A DNA stretch of 64,000 bases. It comes from Balanoglossus misakiensis. Its lineage: Eukaryota > Animalia > Hemichordata. Within the stretch, counting starts at the first letter, position 1, and the number at the start of each line of letters is the position of its first letter. Location of the stretch: the NCBI GenBank assembly GCA_040954595.2, contig CM082590.2, positions 8,867,764-8,931,763 on the forward strand, written 5' to 3'. Position numbers and translations under genes: made by a program. Shown piece by piece: positions 1-17,823 of this stretch. The notes beneath the pieces are model-generated. The model searched no databases, was not told where the DNA came from, and saw only the letters and a program-made list of their open reading frames with translations.

Positions 1-1235
1 CAGAACATAACTCTCACTCAATACACTCAATATGCCTCGCAGTCAAAAAAACGGTGAATCTAAGAAAAAAATATACTCAAGTGGATGGTTCCATCCGTTC
101 TGAAAAGTGAATGCACTCTCATGTCGATGTACATACAGCGAGTGGGTGGAGAGAGGATACCATGGTAACCACTGATGGCAGAAAAATATCAGGAGAAAAA
201 AATTCACCAATAAAAAGAACAAGTAGAGTTTAACAACCCTGAATACGAATAGTCTTCATTACGCAAATCTGGGGTAGCCAGTTAAATTGGGTTACCCCTA
301 AGAGATCACGTGTTTCTAACAATGTAATCAAATCACATACATGTCCACCCTCTGGTGGTTCCATCGTTCAATTTGCTACAACGAGCAATACAAATTGAAT
401 TCGTGTCTAGAATATTAATTAAACGCTAGTGGGACATTTCCTTATAGCGAGTTTTCTGTCTATGCAGCCTTGTGTGACATTAACATGGGGTGCGTTTAGC
501 TCAACAAATAATTTGAACGTGCCTTAAATCAATATTTTGTTTTTTAGTTCTTATTCGTCATTGAGAGTGGCTTGACGTCACTGATCAGACATGGAGGTAA
601 GCTCACACTTTTGTTTACAATATCAAACGCATGGTAAAATTAATTTCATCTCGTTTGACTAACTGACTTGATCGCTTGTCAGACAGACACACACACATAC
701 AGGCATATATGTAGACACACACACACACGCAATCGAACAAATGAGGAGGCAATGTATCTTACAAAAACACGAGTCAGATTCAAACAGGTTTAGCAGTCAA
801 ATACCACACTCTGTGAACTATATATTTCCTTGTGACAAATCTCATTTCCTTTTAATCACACACGATTGATTTCATCGCAGACAACTCTGCCAATTTGCTA
901 TATTGATATTGACTCGTTGCCCCGGGAGACCAGTGGAGAAAAGGACAACCACCCCCTCCACTGTTTATTTGCATTTCAATTCTTCATTCAACATTTAAAT
1001 ATGAAAGGATCCTGACAGTTTTGTATGTCTCACTGTAGTTAAAGTTTTGGTTGTAGTAATGTAAATAGTTTGTTTCTGAATGGGTCCAGTATATTCAAAT
1101 AAATCTGTGACCACATGGGAGGGGATGGGGGACATTCACCCTTGGTGACATGTTGGCATCCCCCCCCCCCCTCAGCAAATTGTCAAGGGGGATCAGACTG
1201 CCCCTTAAAATGATGTCTTATGTTGGAGATATTAA

Positions 1236-1584
1236 AGGGACAAAGTCTCTCTCTCACTGCCCTTTTTCCATTAATTATGTTTGATACAAGACGCCATTTA
1301 TGTTATTCTACATGTGGATATATGGTGAATCAACATTCGACCACACACCACTTCCATCTCGTTTGTTGGATATGAGAGTAAAAACTCGCCCAAAATGGTA
1401 ATAAATGGTAAAGAACGGTTATTCATTTTGGCGAGTTTTTTCACTCTCCTGTCTATAAGAGGGATGGAAGTTGTGTGTGGTTGAACGTTCATTCACTATA
1501 TATCCACATGAAGAATAACAAACGTTGTCTCTTATCAAATATAATTAATGGAAAAAAGGGCAGCGAGAGAGAGACTTTGTCCCT
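1236..1584. mobile_element. Non-autonomous TTAA-target MITE (Kolobok-like), family A
   Basis: TTAA|AGGGACAAAGTCTCTCTCTC...GAGAGAGAGACTTTGTCCCT|TTAA with long imperfect inverted arms. Related copies start at 54249, 56259 and 59921. Confidence 0.88.
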
Positions 1585-2390
1585 TTAAAACAAACTCTTT
1601 TAATTTTACCTAATCACACTGGAAATGTTTGCATTTCAAGAATAATGTACAGTCGTCTACATGCTGATGTCACAGATTCCTGTTGACAACTTCTGATACT
1701 TGTGCGTACGTTACAATTTCTACATGACTACCTAGAATGCATGCAACTCGGATATTCGTTCATTACTGGTAAAATCTGTATTTATTCCATTTATCAATCT
1801 CTTTGTATCTGAATACAAATCGTTATAAAATGACATCAGATCATATCAATGACCTGTTATCTACAAATAAATCTTCTATAAAAAGGAAAATTAATTCGGC
1901 ATATTTTTATATTCTACCGAACACTGGAATAAAAACTAACTCTAAAACATAAATCCAGTTATATTTACAAAGTTGTAATTGTATTTTATACCAATATTAC
2001 AAAAGTTTACCTTACTGATAAGTCCACTCAAAAAATAAATGATATATCAATACTTTGTTATATCTATAATTTTGTTAAAATGTGTTAAGTTTTTCCAAAA
2101 TATTTTATATTTTGTGTTAAAAGATAAACTGTATATTTTTGGTGTTCTGATTTCAAAAGGTGACGTGGACGTATTGAATTTACTGCCAATTGGAACTTGG
2201 ATATTAGAATTGCACTGAATACAGATATACTGTAAAACGAGAAATTTTCATGACAGGAAATTTTTGCTCTCTGTGACTGGGTTATACAATGTGAGAGAAA
2301 CGCTTAGCACACCACGTTCCATTTAGGGTGATTTCACGAAACCAGTGTTGTGATAGGCTGAAGATGGTTTGAAGTCCTTCTGCCAGCCAA

Positions 2391-7262
<4,872 letters not shown>

Positions 7263-7960
7263 TGATACGCAGATCTCCAAGAATTCAACCGGGTGCCGTC
7301 TTTGGTATAAGTCTCGTCGACGTGATTTAAACCCGAAGGCTGCAGCTTTCGTTTCTGACTGGTCCTGCCTTAGTCGATGAAAATATATATGTTGTCCAGG
7401 ATACTGGTAGATCTATCACGGCCAATCCTGGTATTTTAAGTTAATAAGTTCCTAAGTCAGCGCGTTTGAGACCATAAATAGGCTACCGATGATGAGCAGA
7501 TAAAATCGATAATAGGACTCGATCGGAGAGTCCAGATTTTTACACCGCGGACCATGCAATCGGCACCGTTAACAGTCTGCAGAAGATGACGGCGTATTGT
7601 AACAGTGCGCGTCTGGTTGACAGGCACGCACGCACACGCCCCCTGGGAACGTGGAGCCACGTATGTCCTATTTTGGGGTACCCGTCTATCGGGCCGAAGA
7701 GGGCGCAGAGAGTTTGGTGGATGCCTATTTATAGAGCTGACTAACTCGAGCGTAACAGGATCTGACGACCATTTGTCTAGATAAATGCCAGGCTGTTGTA
7801 TGAACGACTGTTTGTGGTCGATAGCAGAGTTGACAAGAGAGGCTTATAGGTCAAATAACTGGCAAAGGTTGAATTCCTAGCTTCTGAAATCATATATACA
7901 CTGCCTATACATCACTGTTTGTTAGTGGGTGACCTGAAATGCTAACTCGCTGGTTGTTGT

Positions 7961-8010
<50 letters not shown>
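7961..8010. repeat. (GAT)n microsatellite
   Basis: Read directly from the sequence. Confidence 0.95.
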
Positions 8011-9748
8011 TTACCTACCACAGACTTTTCAATTACAAAACTACTTGTAGACACACAGCATGATGTCATGGTTAGAGAAGGCAATATTTATTTGGTAGAA
8101 GTCAAAAATAATTATGACACATCAAATTGAGTGGGTAAATAACAACAGTACAATACTGCACGCACCATATTACAAAACTATCAGATATGGTTTTCAATTT
8201 AAACAGCAACATTATGTCTTTTGTTTCTTTGAGCTTTTGACTTCTTCTCTGTTGCTATTTGGAACACCCCTATTGCTTTTAATGAATGGTTTAGCCCAAG
8301 TAGATGCAAGTTGTACAAAATAATAATAAGCTCTACCATGAGCACAGGCTATTAAACACACTCCAGACATGCTGTGCCACAATTGGTCAGAATGAGTCAT
8401 GTGACCAGAAAATGAAATTATTGGCCTATAGAAATCAAATACAGCAGTCATGTGACCTGTGCGTATATTCTTGCTATAGTGTGGCAATGCACAAAGGGTC
8501 TGAACCATATTACGAATGCACATGGCTGGCTATATAATGCCCTTAGTTGCAAGAAATGTTTACTTTCCCTCAACTCAGTCTATTGAGGCAATAGATGGGT
8601 ACTATAGCCCTCACGGCCAGGCAATATAGGTTAATTATGATTCTCAAAGACAAGAAAATGGAGCATATACTCGAACTTCGAAATATACTTCAAAAGTAAA
8701 CAGTCAGGTGCGCTTTATGCGATACGAAAAGTACGCAAAAATAACACATATGTGAGAAAGTTTTAGAAAAAGCCAAAATGTTAGTCTTTTTGGCTAACCT
8801 ACGTTTTTTTTTTCATTTCAGGAAAAAAATATGGTTTAAGCTGCATCCTGAGAAAAGAAAAATATTTCAGAATACTGAATAGTTAGATAATTGTGCAATA
8901 CGACAGCATAACAGAAGTTTACGTCAATCTGATACAAGTTGTTCTAGAATGTGCTACGTAATGATGCATTTGGAGTGATCAACACAAGTATTTTGCAACT
9001 CAAATTAAATAATTACAGAACGCATCACGGCAGTCAAAATTATTTCACTGGAGAAGTACAAAACATTGAAAACTCGAAAACAACGATTAAATTAATCAAA
9101 AATTCACATCAGTTGCAAAGTTGTAAAGCTCAATGTACATGGCCAAAAACAGATTACTGACTTAATCTTTGACCTCTGGGCATAGCCTACATGTATTATG
9201 GTAGTCATGACGACCATCAGTGACATCACCGATTAACCCTATGACCCAAACTTTTCTTCCAAGTCAGGGTCAAAGGGTAATCTGTATTCAGAAACAAAAC
9301 TTAAACAGTAAAGAACTGAAATAAAACAAATCACTTTGTTTAATTTTATCATTTCAATTATCAAGGTTCATGTAAATTACACAGCAAACTCTGTAAGCAT
9401 CATTATACATCAACAAAAAACATTTAGCCTTTCGACTTTGAGGGCGCTCGTCATTCCAACTGTCTCTACAAAAAGAAGTTAGCACCTCTGTCTATGAGGG
9501 CGCTCTCAGTAACATCATGAGTACAGATTTTGTCAACAAACAACCACAGTACATCCTGCTATTCTTAATGAAAACTGTTGCCTGATATATCCAACTATTT
9601 TCTGTACAAAGCACCACTTGTTTCCGAGTGTAGACAAAATCCTGTACCCTATAAATCAAAACTATACAACTGAAACATCGCTACCTGCCAACATAAATAA
9701 GTATATAACTAACCTGTTTCACCACCAAACATAGAACCAACTCCATTA

Positions 9749-9909
9749 CAGTCAAACCTGTGTTAGTGGCCACCTCTATACAGTGACCACTATGTTACAG
9801 TCTCTGTGCAATATCATGTACATTAATTGACCTGTCTATAAGGACCACCTGACTATAAGGGCCAGTTTCGGAAAGTCCCTTGACTGGCCACTGTACACAG
9901 GCTTGACTG
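9749..9909. mobile_element. Tc1/mariner-pogo (Tigger-like) MITE in the presumed PK 3' UTR
   Basis: TA|CAGTCAAACCTGTG..AGTGGCCA...TGGCCACTGTACACAGGCTTGACTG|TA. An isolated end of the same family is at about 51758-51789. Confidence 0.85.
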
Positions 9910-10060
9910 TATTTTCAAAGTTGTGAATGAGCCCATTTTCTATGCTATGGGGGTGAAAGGGTTCAATTTGAATGAATACACTTGCAAATAAACACAGCAC
10001 TGTACATGTAAAAGAGCATGTTTTCGTCTTCAGGTAACCAGGTTCTTGCTTGTTGAGTTT

Positions 10061-10476
10061 CTATGCTGGGATGATGCGGAGCGTGTTGGTGTGCCCGGTC
10101 CCTGGACGCCAGCCGGTGATGCAGATGATCGGATCGCCCGAGTCGTAGAAACCACGCTTCTTGCCCACGGAGATGGCATGCCGGATTCGGTTGTCGATGT
10201 CGTCCGCCCAGTTGGGGGCGACCGGATCCTTGTAGTAAATCGGGAAGCAGCCACGGTACAGATGGACTTGGCGGGCGACTTGCGGGTCACGGGTGATGGA
10301 GAGGATTGGACATAGAGGGCGGTATTGAGAGACCAAGAATGACGATCTGTAATAATTTAATGCACAGAATAAAACCAGTTTAACCAAAGGTGCTACAGTA
10401 AAAAGAGGAATGTCACTATGTTTTCATATTCTTCTCTATGTTTGCCTGCTTCAATGAACATCATCATAATTACCAC

Positions 10477-10546
<70 letters not shown>

Positions 10547-10565
10547 CATCATCATCACCACCACC

Positions 10566-10599
<34 letters not shown>

Positions 10600-10607
10600 T
10601 CATCACC

Positions 10608-10641
<34 letters not shown>

Positions 10642-13600
10642 TCATCACCACCACCACCATCATCACAACCACCACAACCACCACCACCACTATCATCACC
10701 ACTCTTTCAAATGTTATTTCCCACTGTCCAGTGGAGAACTACTCACTTTCCCGTCTTGGTCACACAGACAATGGCACCAGCCTGGCAAGAGAACGATGCG
10801 GACACAGCTGCCATGGCGATAGACAAAGGAACATCTGTGGGGAACGGAGTGTGTCTTCTCAGCTCTTCAAAGACTTGACGATGAAACACTGCTGCCTCGG
10901 CTTCGTGGCAAATCTGTCAAAATCATAAAAACATTCAACAACAAAATTAATCTATCAATCAAAACAATCTTAAAATGCCAGAATCAATTTACAAAGGAAC
11001 TGAATACAACTCAACAAGTTTATCAGCCAACCACTACAAGCCCTATGTTGAGAGCTTAGTCACTGAACCAATCGTATTATGTTACATGATACAACACCTT
11101 GTTATCAACCAATCACTACAAGTCATATATTGACAGCTTACTCACTTAACCAATCATATTACGGTCCATGATACCAACACCTTGTTATCAACCAATCCCT
11201 ACCCACCTTGTGCATGATCTGTACGGCCTCCAGCGGATAATCCCCCTTGGCTGTTTCACCAGACAACATGACACAGTCAGCGCCGTCCAACACAGCATTG
11301 GCGACGTCACTGATCTCAGCGCGGGTTGCTCTCGGCTTATGGACCATACTCTCCAACATCTACCAAGTCAAGATGTAACAGGCGATTTCATTGGTGGCAA
11401 GATGTAACAGACATTGTCACCAGGGCCAACATGCAACAGACATTCTGATTTGTTTCAAAACGTAACAGATATTCCATAACAGACGTGGCGTTAATTTGTA
11501 TTAGACATTCTCACTGGGGCCGAGATGCGACAGACATTCTTACTGTTTTCAAGTAATTCAATAATTTTGTCTGCTCTCTCCATTAAACTTTAAGCTGACA
11601 ATCGTATATATGCTTACAATCACTCCAAACTAACCAATTAGCACCAGGCTTACATTCATCTTCAAAGTCTAACCAACGATCTGACCAATCAGCATCAACC
11701 TTACATTCACTTTCAATATCAAACCAACGATCTGACCAATCAGACCAGGCCTTACCTGGGTAGCACAGATGACCGGCTTCCCTGCACGGTTGCAACGACC
11801 AATCATCGACTTCTGCGCCAGGAATACTTTCTGTGAGGGAATTTCAATTCCCAGATCGCCCCTGGCAACCATGATTCCATCGGATGCTTCCAGGATCTCG
11901 TTAAACCTAAACAAATTTACAGAACAGGAGAAACCACCCTTACATTAAAACATTCTCTAGACATTTGATAGAAATTTATAGAATTCCATTGTCTGGTGAA
12001 TTTCTATGGATATTTACAGATTACCATGTAGTTTTGGACCCTTTTTCTATTGACTCTATAGATGAATCATTATAGAATGCTACGGAAGTTGAATGACAAA
12101 CTTTATCAGTCATAATGTTGTCCAACATTTCGACACTTTCACCCATTTTTTATCTAATTTTTCCCCTTAATTTTAGACCAAATGTACATAATGTTCCATG
12201 TTCTGCAGGTCTTGATCAAAATTTGAGAAAAAAAACAAAGAAAAGTTATGAGGGTTAATATTTTGAAAGATAAACGACAAGTTGAAAATTATCACCACTT
12301 ACTTCCTAACACCTTCATGATTTTCAATCTTACTGATGACTTTGATCTTCTTCCCTTCCTCACCAAGAACATCCCTAATAGCTTGTACATCAGCTGCTTT
12401 GCGAATGAAAGAGGCAAATACAATATCCACCTAGGGGGCAGGGAAAAAAACAGTAACTATTTAAAGGTATACGGTCACCTGTGCAAATTTATAGCTACAG
12501 TTACAATGGCAAATTAAGATCTATCCAATCACAGATTTTCAGTGGGTGGCACACGCGAAAAAAGAGCCCTACCATATGTTCTTTAGAACACTGAAATACA
12601 CCATGTCAGCCATATATGCATGTATGTAAATTTTGGGTGACCGTATACCTTTAACAACCATTATATGCAATGATAGTACCGTAGATAGATACTGATTGAA
12701 CAAAAACATACATGGCGTATGTTAGAGTGCACTCCACCATCCCTTCCAAAAACTCACCCCTTGTTCAACGCCAAACCTCAGATCAGCTCGGTCTTTCTCG
12801 GAGACAGCCGGCAGATCCACTTCAGCCTCCGGCAAATTGCAGCCCTTCTTGCTTCCCAGTGTTCCGCCGTTCTCAATCGTACAATCCAAGAAATCGTCAC
12901 CTGTATATCGAAGGAATATATGTCAGACACAAACTGTGGACTGCGGGGCTCGAAATTAGAAGTAGTCATATGCATATCCTCCTGAAATGATCACAGTGTA
13001 CCTTTAATTAACCCTAACGCTGCCAAGTCAGTATGAACTGGTTTGATTTCCAGGGTACCTAGAATCCGGGCTCCCAGGCCTGTTAGACTGCCAAGTGTGT
13101 GTTAATCAGTAGGGCCTATACAAGACCCTCAAACCAAACCAGTACAATTTGGTACATTTTACAGGGGGTTCAGACTGCCAAGTGTGTCTAAGTACGTATG
13201 AGAGCCATGTCAAGACAGTCAAAATACGTTTTAGAAGAAAAAGTGACAAATACGTATTGACTTGAGACTCTAAACAGATATGACACCCAGTAGCATAAGG
13301 GTTAACCCTCTCACCCCCAGTTCCCTCGATAAAGGTCCAACTTTACCACAGTAAACAACAGATTTGGACCAAACCACGGCAGCGAAAGGGGTCTGTACTT
13401 ACCAATCGCCTCCACTTTGAGCGAAATCAGCCCATCATCCACATAGATGATGCCCCCAACTTTGACAACCTTGGTGATGTTCATGTAGTCGACATAGATG
13501 CAATTCTTGTCACCGATTTCATAGTATTTCTTGTCGAGAGACATTCTGATCTTTTCACCCTTCTCCAGCTCAATTTCTGCAGAACCACCCTGAGGGTAAT

Positions 13601-16600
13601 ATCAACCATACAGTGAGTACATAAGGAATATAGCCTGCTTGTGAGGGCGATATCAACCAAACAGTAGGGCAGTATCGATCATTATCAACTGAATGGTGCT
13701 CGAACCCTATAAGAAATACAGACTAGGAAAACAAACTTGATTTGCCTGAAGGTGCTTTAGAGCTCAACAACCTTCAGCTCCAACCACGACTGAATCTGTC
13801 AGTCGAACATTGTAGTTGGACAGATTCTAGTCACCTACACAAATTTATTTGTAGCATTCACACACACACACACATATATATATATACACACACACACACA
13901 CTAAAATATTTAAAAAAAGTAGAAACATAGTTTTACGAGAGTACAGTGATAAAATGAATACAATGACAGAAATGATACAAAAATCACAGAAAAATGTATT
14001 GTGAAAGGAAATTTACTAAAACATAACATCTTTTTAGTTAAATTGGTTTATTGGTGTATAAGTTTTATATGTAGCTTCAAGAGAACAGCAGAAGAAATTC
14101 ACAATGATGCAGAATTTCCATTTACACCAAAGAATAAGAGGTACTGTGTTAAGAGTAGTGTGCAGGGGTATGTCTGGCTGTGTGGGTGGGTGTTTGTGTC
14201 ACTCTCTTACCTGTCTTGACGTTCAAAGATTGGCACTCTGAGATGAAAGTATACTTATATACCGTACTAGTCAAGAACAGCTCAACCAGCCCTCAGCGAC
14301 AAAATTCATTATGGAATTGTGACAGAATTATGGAGGTGTGCACAGTACGCCAGAGTGCGTGACACTAGTCTATGCCACATGGAACTATGCCACACGTGTA
14401 TGGGAGGGGGGGGGGGGTGTTAGTGTGTGGAGATTAGTCGGGTGAGATTTCCTAGCAGATAATCTATGCAGCGTAAAATGCCGACTATGCGTGGTAAGAC
14501 AGTTAATACACAGAAAATGCAACAAAATCAATTAACCAATTGATCATTCTATCAGTCAATCAATCAATTAATCAATCAATCAATCAACTAACCAATCAAC
14601 CAAACAAACAACAGATCAATCAATCAATCAGTCCATTCATTCATCCATCCATCCATCAACCAACCAAGAGTACCAAAATACTTAGTAATCATCATGGCTT
14701 TTGGACAGAACTAGTGTTTTCGAACCTAAATTTTTCTTTGCATCAGTCCTACATCACACAACACACCATAACATCGTTCATACTACGAAAGCAACTGAAC
14801 CAGCACAAGGTAATAAAGTACAGCATTCAACGAGATAAGCTTTTGGAACTAAGCATTGGAGAAATTACGTTAAGCTAAGCTGAGCAGGATGCGATATCAG
14901 CCAATATATATGCCAGCAATACCCATAATTCTCTGACAACCCTATCGACGATTCCGTGCGAGGGCGTCCTTTTATTCACCGCGTCAAGTTCCCTTTGACT
15001 AGAACGATATATACAGAAAACGATTCCTTACCCCCTTCAGCAAACCAGTACGAATTTCAGGTCCCTTGGTATCTAACGCGATACCTACGCAACGGGGGAA
15101 CTGAAACTTTGCACCGGCCTCGCGGATATTCGCGATAGTATCTGTGTGGTACTGAAAGAGAAATAAAATAGTACAGTCACTCCTTTGACAGATTCAGGTT
15201 AACAATTCCATGTAAATCCAGAATTCACATGTTTTGTAGAAGTGGAGTGATAGAAGTACAAACAAACATGCAATCTCAGTTCTGTGTTTTGGCTACGGTT
15301 AGGGGAATGTACTGTTCCAACAGACATACAAATAATTTGCCCAACTCTATTCTCGACAGACAATACGCTATGGCTATTATCACTCTACCTCGTACCTAAT
15401 CACGTGATGCAGGATGGGAGATGGATACTTACCTCATGAGTGCCATGCGAGAAATTGAGTCGTGCGATATTCATACCAGCAGCTATCATCTGTTCCAGCA
15501 TATCCAAACTCCGGGACGCAGGTCCTATATTAAAACACAACATAAGAAATGTTACATCAGTGTGTTGTTATATTATACAGTGAGTGACATCATGGGAATA
15601 CTGTTTATTAACCAAAAACCGAATTTCTGAATGATGACTTAGTCACGTGCAGGGCCCAAGATGTGAAGGGTTAGTCTGATTTTGGCAAAGTTGCCATAGT
15701 TAAGTCTGATTTTCTTTAGTTTGGCAGCTTGGAATAACAAATGTGTTTAATAATTTATCAGCCTTGGATTAAGTTACACAGGTCTGACCATGTCTTATAT
15801 TATCTGCAGGAAGTGGACCGTGAGTTGAATGCCAAATGAAAGGAAATTTCCTCCTGATCAGTCTAGACATATAAATTCATAATGCATGCAGCCCACGTAC
15901 TTCACATTACATTTAACCACATTAGGTCCTACTGTTTTCGTATCACATTACAAAGTGGGGAAATTACTAAGGTGATTTTTTTTAATTTGACAAACAAGTC
16001 GATATTGTAACGGTTTGGGTGAACCCTGCATTTATAAAATGTATAGTTTCATGTCACCATGCCTGGGGAAAACAACGACAGACTCAACAAACTCACTGGT
16101 GACTCAGAAAATATCCACAACACATGCAAAGGTATAGGGCTGACTCAGAGAAATTTTAAGAAATCTTCAAATTGACTCATTAAGCTTTTAATAATTATCT
16201 TTGTTAGAGGACACACGGTCGTCTACTCTCGACAGTTTCAAACTGAATAGATATCAACTTGCTCGAGCCAACTACAAGGTCGGAGTGACCTTTGTTTGAG
16301 GATTGAGTGTCCTGTTTTATAGTCTGTTGCTGAGAGCTCTATACGACTCTAAACGGGTCCCCACATCACATAGCCAAGCAGGTCACAAGACTGCAGTGCT
16401 TATACACCATAAATATACAGCCATGTACCACAAGTTCAATGACCCAAAACCTCACAGAACCCAGATGACATTGACAAAAGTACAAATCCACAAGGCCGGC
16501 TGTATTGGTCATTTTTATCACCAACGGTCAGTAATATCACCAAGGCAAAGGTCAGAGGTCACCCACGCACAACACACCACCATTCAACGAATTCGAAACA

Positions 16601-17823
16601 GGTGGTAAATTGACACAGGTGATAAGATTACCCCTATCATTGATTAAGTCTACATATTTCCAAACAGACACACAAGCAAATGTCATATGAGTTTTGCGAT
16701 TTCAAAGTACATTCCCGGTAATTGTAAATGGAGAAATTTTACGATGTATTCATGTTCGTTTTTATTGCTGTATAGAAATTATTCCTTTCTCATACACACA
16801 CTCGTGCTTTAGTGTCACAAACGCAAGGTTTTTGGGTGTGTGTGTTTGACCTGCAGGAGTACAATCGACGCAGTGCCCTGTACTTTAGTCTGAGTAAACA
16901 CAGGAAGGCACGTAGAAATAAATATCACGTGTACCGGTACCGTGTACTGGTACGTGTAGGTCCTTTGCTATGATAAGGTGTGGAAAACTAATCTTGTGTT
17001 TCCAAGAGCGAAATAAGGGTCTTGTACGCTTTTATCTTGTGAACACACATAAATATTTTAACATGTGAATATTAGATCAGGCGTTTCCAAGGAAGAAATA
17101 GGTGGAATACAAAATCTTACAAAAAATTCAGTTTGAACCAATACAAACCTACTTAATAATTTTTACATACAGCTTTTAATTGTGCGTTTTGCTAATTGTG
17201 CTAGCATGTGACATGATAAACTATGCAACATTTTATTCTGGAGTTAGAAGTGAAACGTTCCATAGTTTCTAGACAGGGCGATCAGACGATCGATCCACCC
17301 ACTACCGACAGGTTGTCAAGGGGTAACTGGCGTGGCATGAAACAATGCCTGCATGTCATACCGGCATTCACAGCAACACATCCGCTTCTACACACATAAA
17401 ATTTTGAAGTTCCCCCTTGCCAGAGTGAAATCTCACCCCCTCCCCTAATATTCAGGCAAAAATTAAGGGACCCTACCCTCCCAACCTTCATCCTGGATGA
17501 AACACTATATATCAGAACAGTCACTCGACACTTGTTGGTTGTGTAGTGACCGTGGTACATTGTATTCATGCCACTAGTATTACGTTATAAGACCTGTACT
17601 CACCAATGGTGCAAATAATACCCGTATTCCGTACATTTGCAGGCGGGATATAGATATCTAGCTTGCAGAGATGGTCCAGGAAAGTGTACGCCTTGGCCGC
17701 AGCCAGCTGTCTAAGCGCCTGCTTCTGGTGGAAATGTCCGCCTTCGTCGTGATCCAGGTCTTCGAGATCCGCCGTGCTGGGGTGCATCTTGGATGCCTTC
17801 TTCAATGGCTGTAGTGCATCCAT
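10061..17823 (-). CDS. PKM: Pyruvate kinase (PKM/PKLR family), 10 coding exons, ~548 aa
   Basis: Exons 17604-17823, 15433-15524, 15032-15151, 13403-13589, 12758-12900, 12303-12430, 11756-11906, 11207-11359, 10747-10913, 10061-10346. Motifs: [93 protein letters not shown]. An in-frame TGA lies just upstream of the ATG at 17823; the acceptor is at 17841. Confidence 0.97.
10477..10702. repeat. Compound (CAT)n/(CAC)n microsatellite in the last PK intron
   Basis: Read directly from the sequence. Confidence 0.97.
11019..11750. repeat. Degenerate minisatellites in two PK introns (coding exon 11207-11359 lies between)
   Basis: TTATCAACCAATC units at 11019-11200, AGATGTAACAGACATT units at 11365-11545, and ~45-bp AACCAACGATCTGACCAATCAG units at 11585-11750. 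Confidence 0.7.
12465..12650. mobile_element. 186-bp Kolobok-like MITE
   Basis: TTAA|AGGTATACGGTCACC...GGTGACCGTATACCT|TTAA, within a PK intron. Confidence 0.85.
13012..13301. mobile_element. piggyBac-like MITE
   Basis: TTAA|CCCTAACGCTGC...GTAGCATAAGGG|TTAA, with internal CTGCCAAGT repeats. Confidence 0.65.
13306..13390. mobile_element. 85-bp piggyBac-like mini-element, family B
   Basis: TTAA|CCCTCTCACCCCCAGTTCCC...TGGACCAAACCACGGCAGCGAAAGGG. Same length and layout as the copies at 52190 and 54122. Confidence 0.75.

Noticed and set aside
10418-10878. Poly-His/Ser/Met/Ile ORFs here and at 7939, 21597 and 56731
   Set aside because: They are translations of (CAT)n/(CAC)n microsatellites in introns or intergenic DNA.
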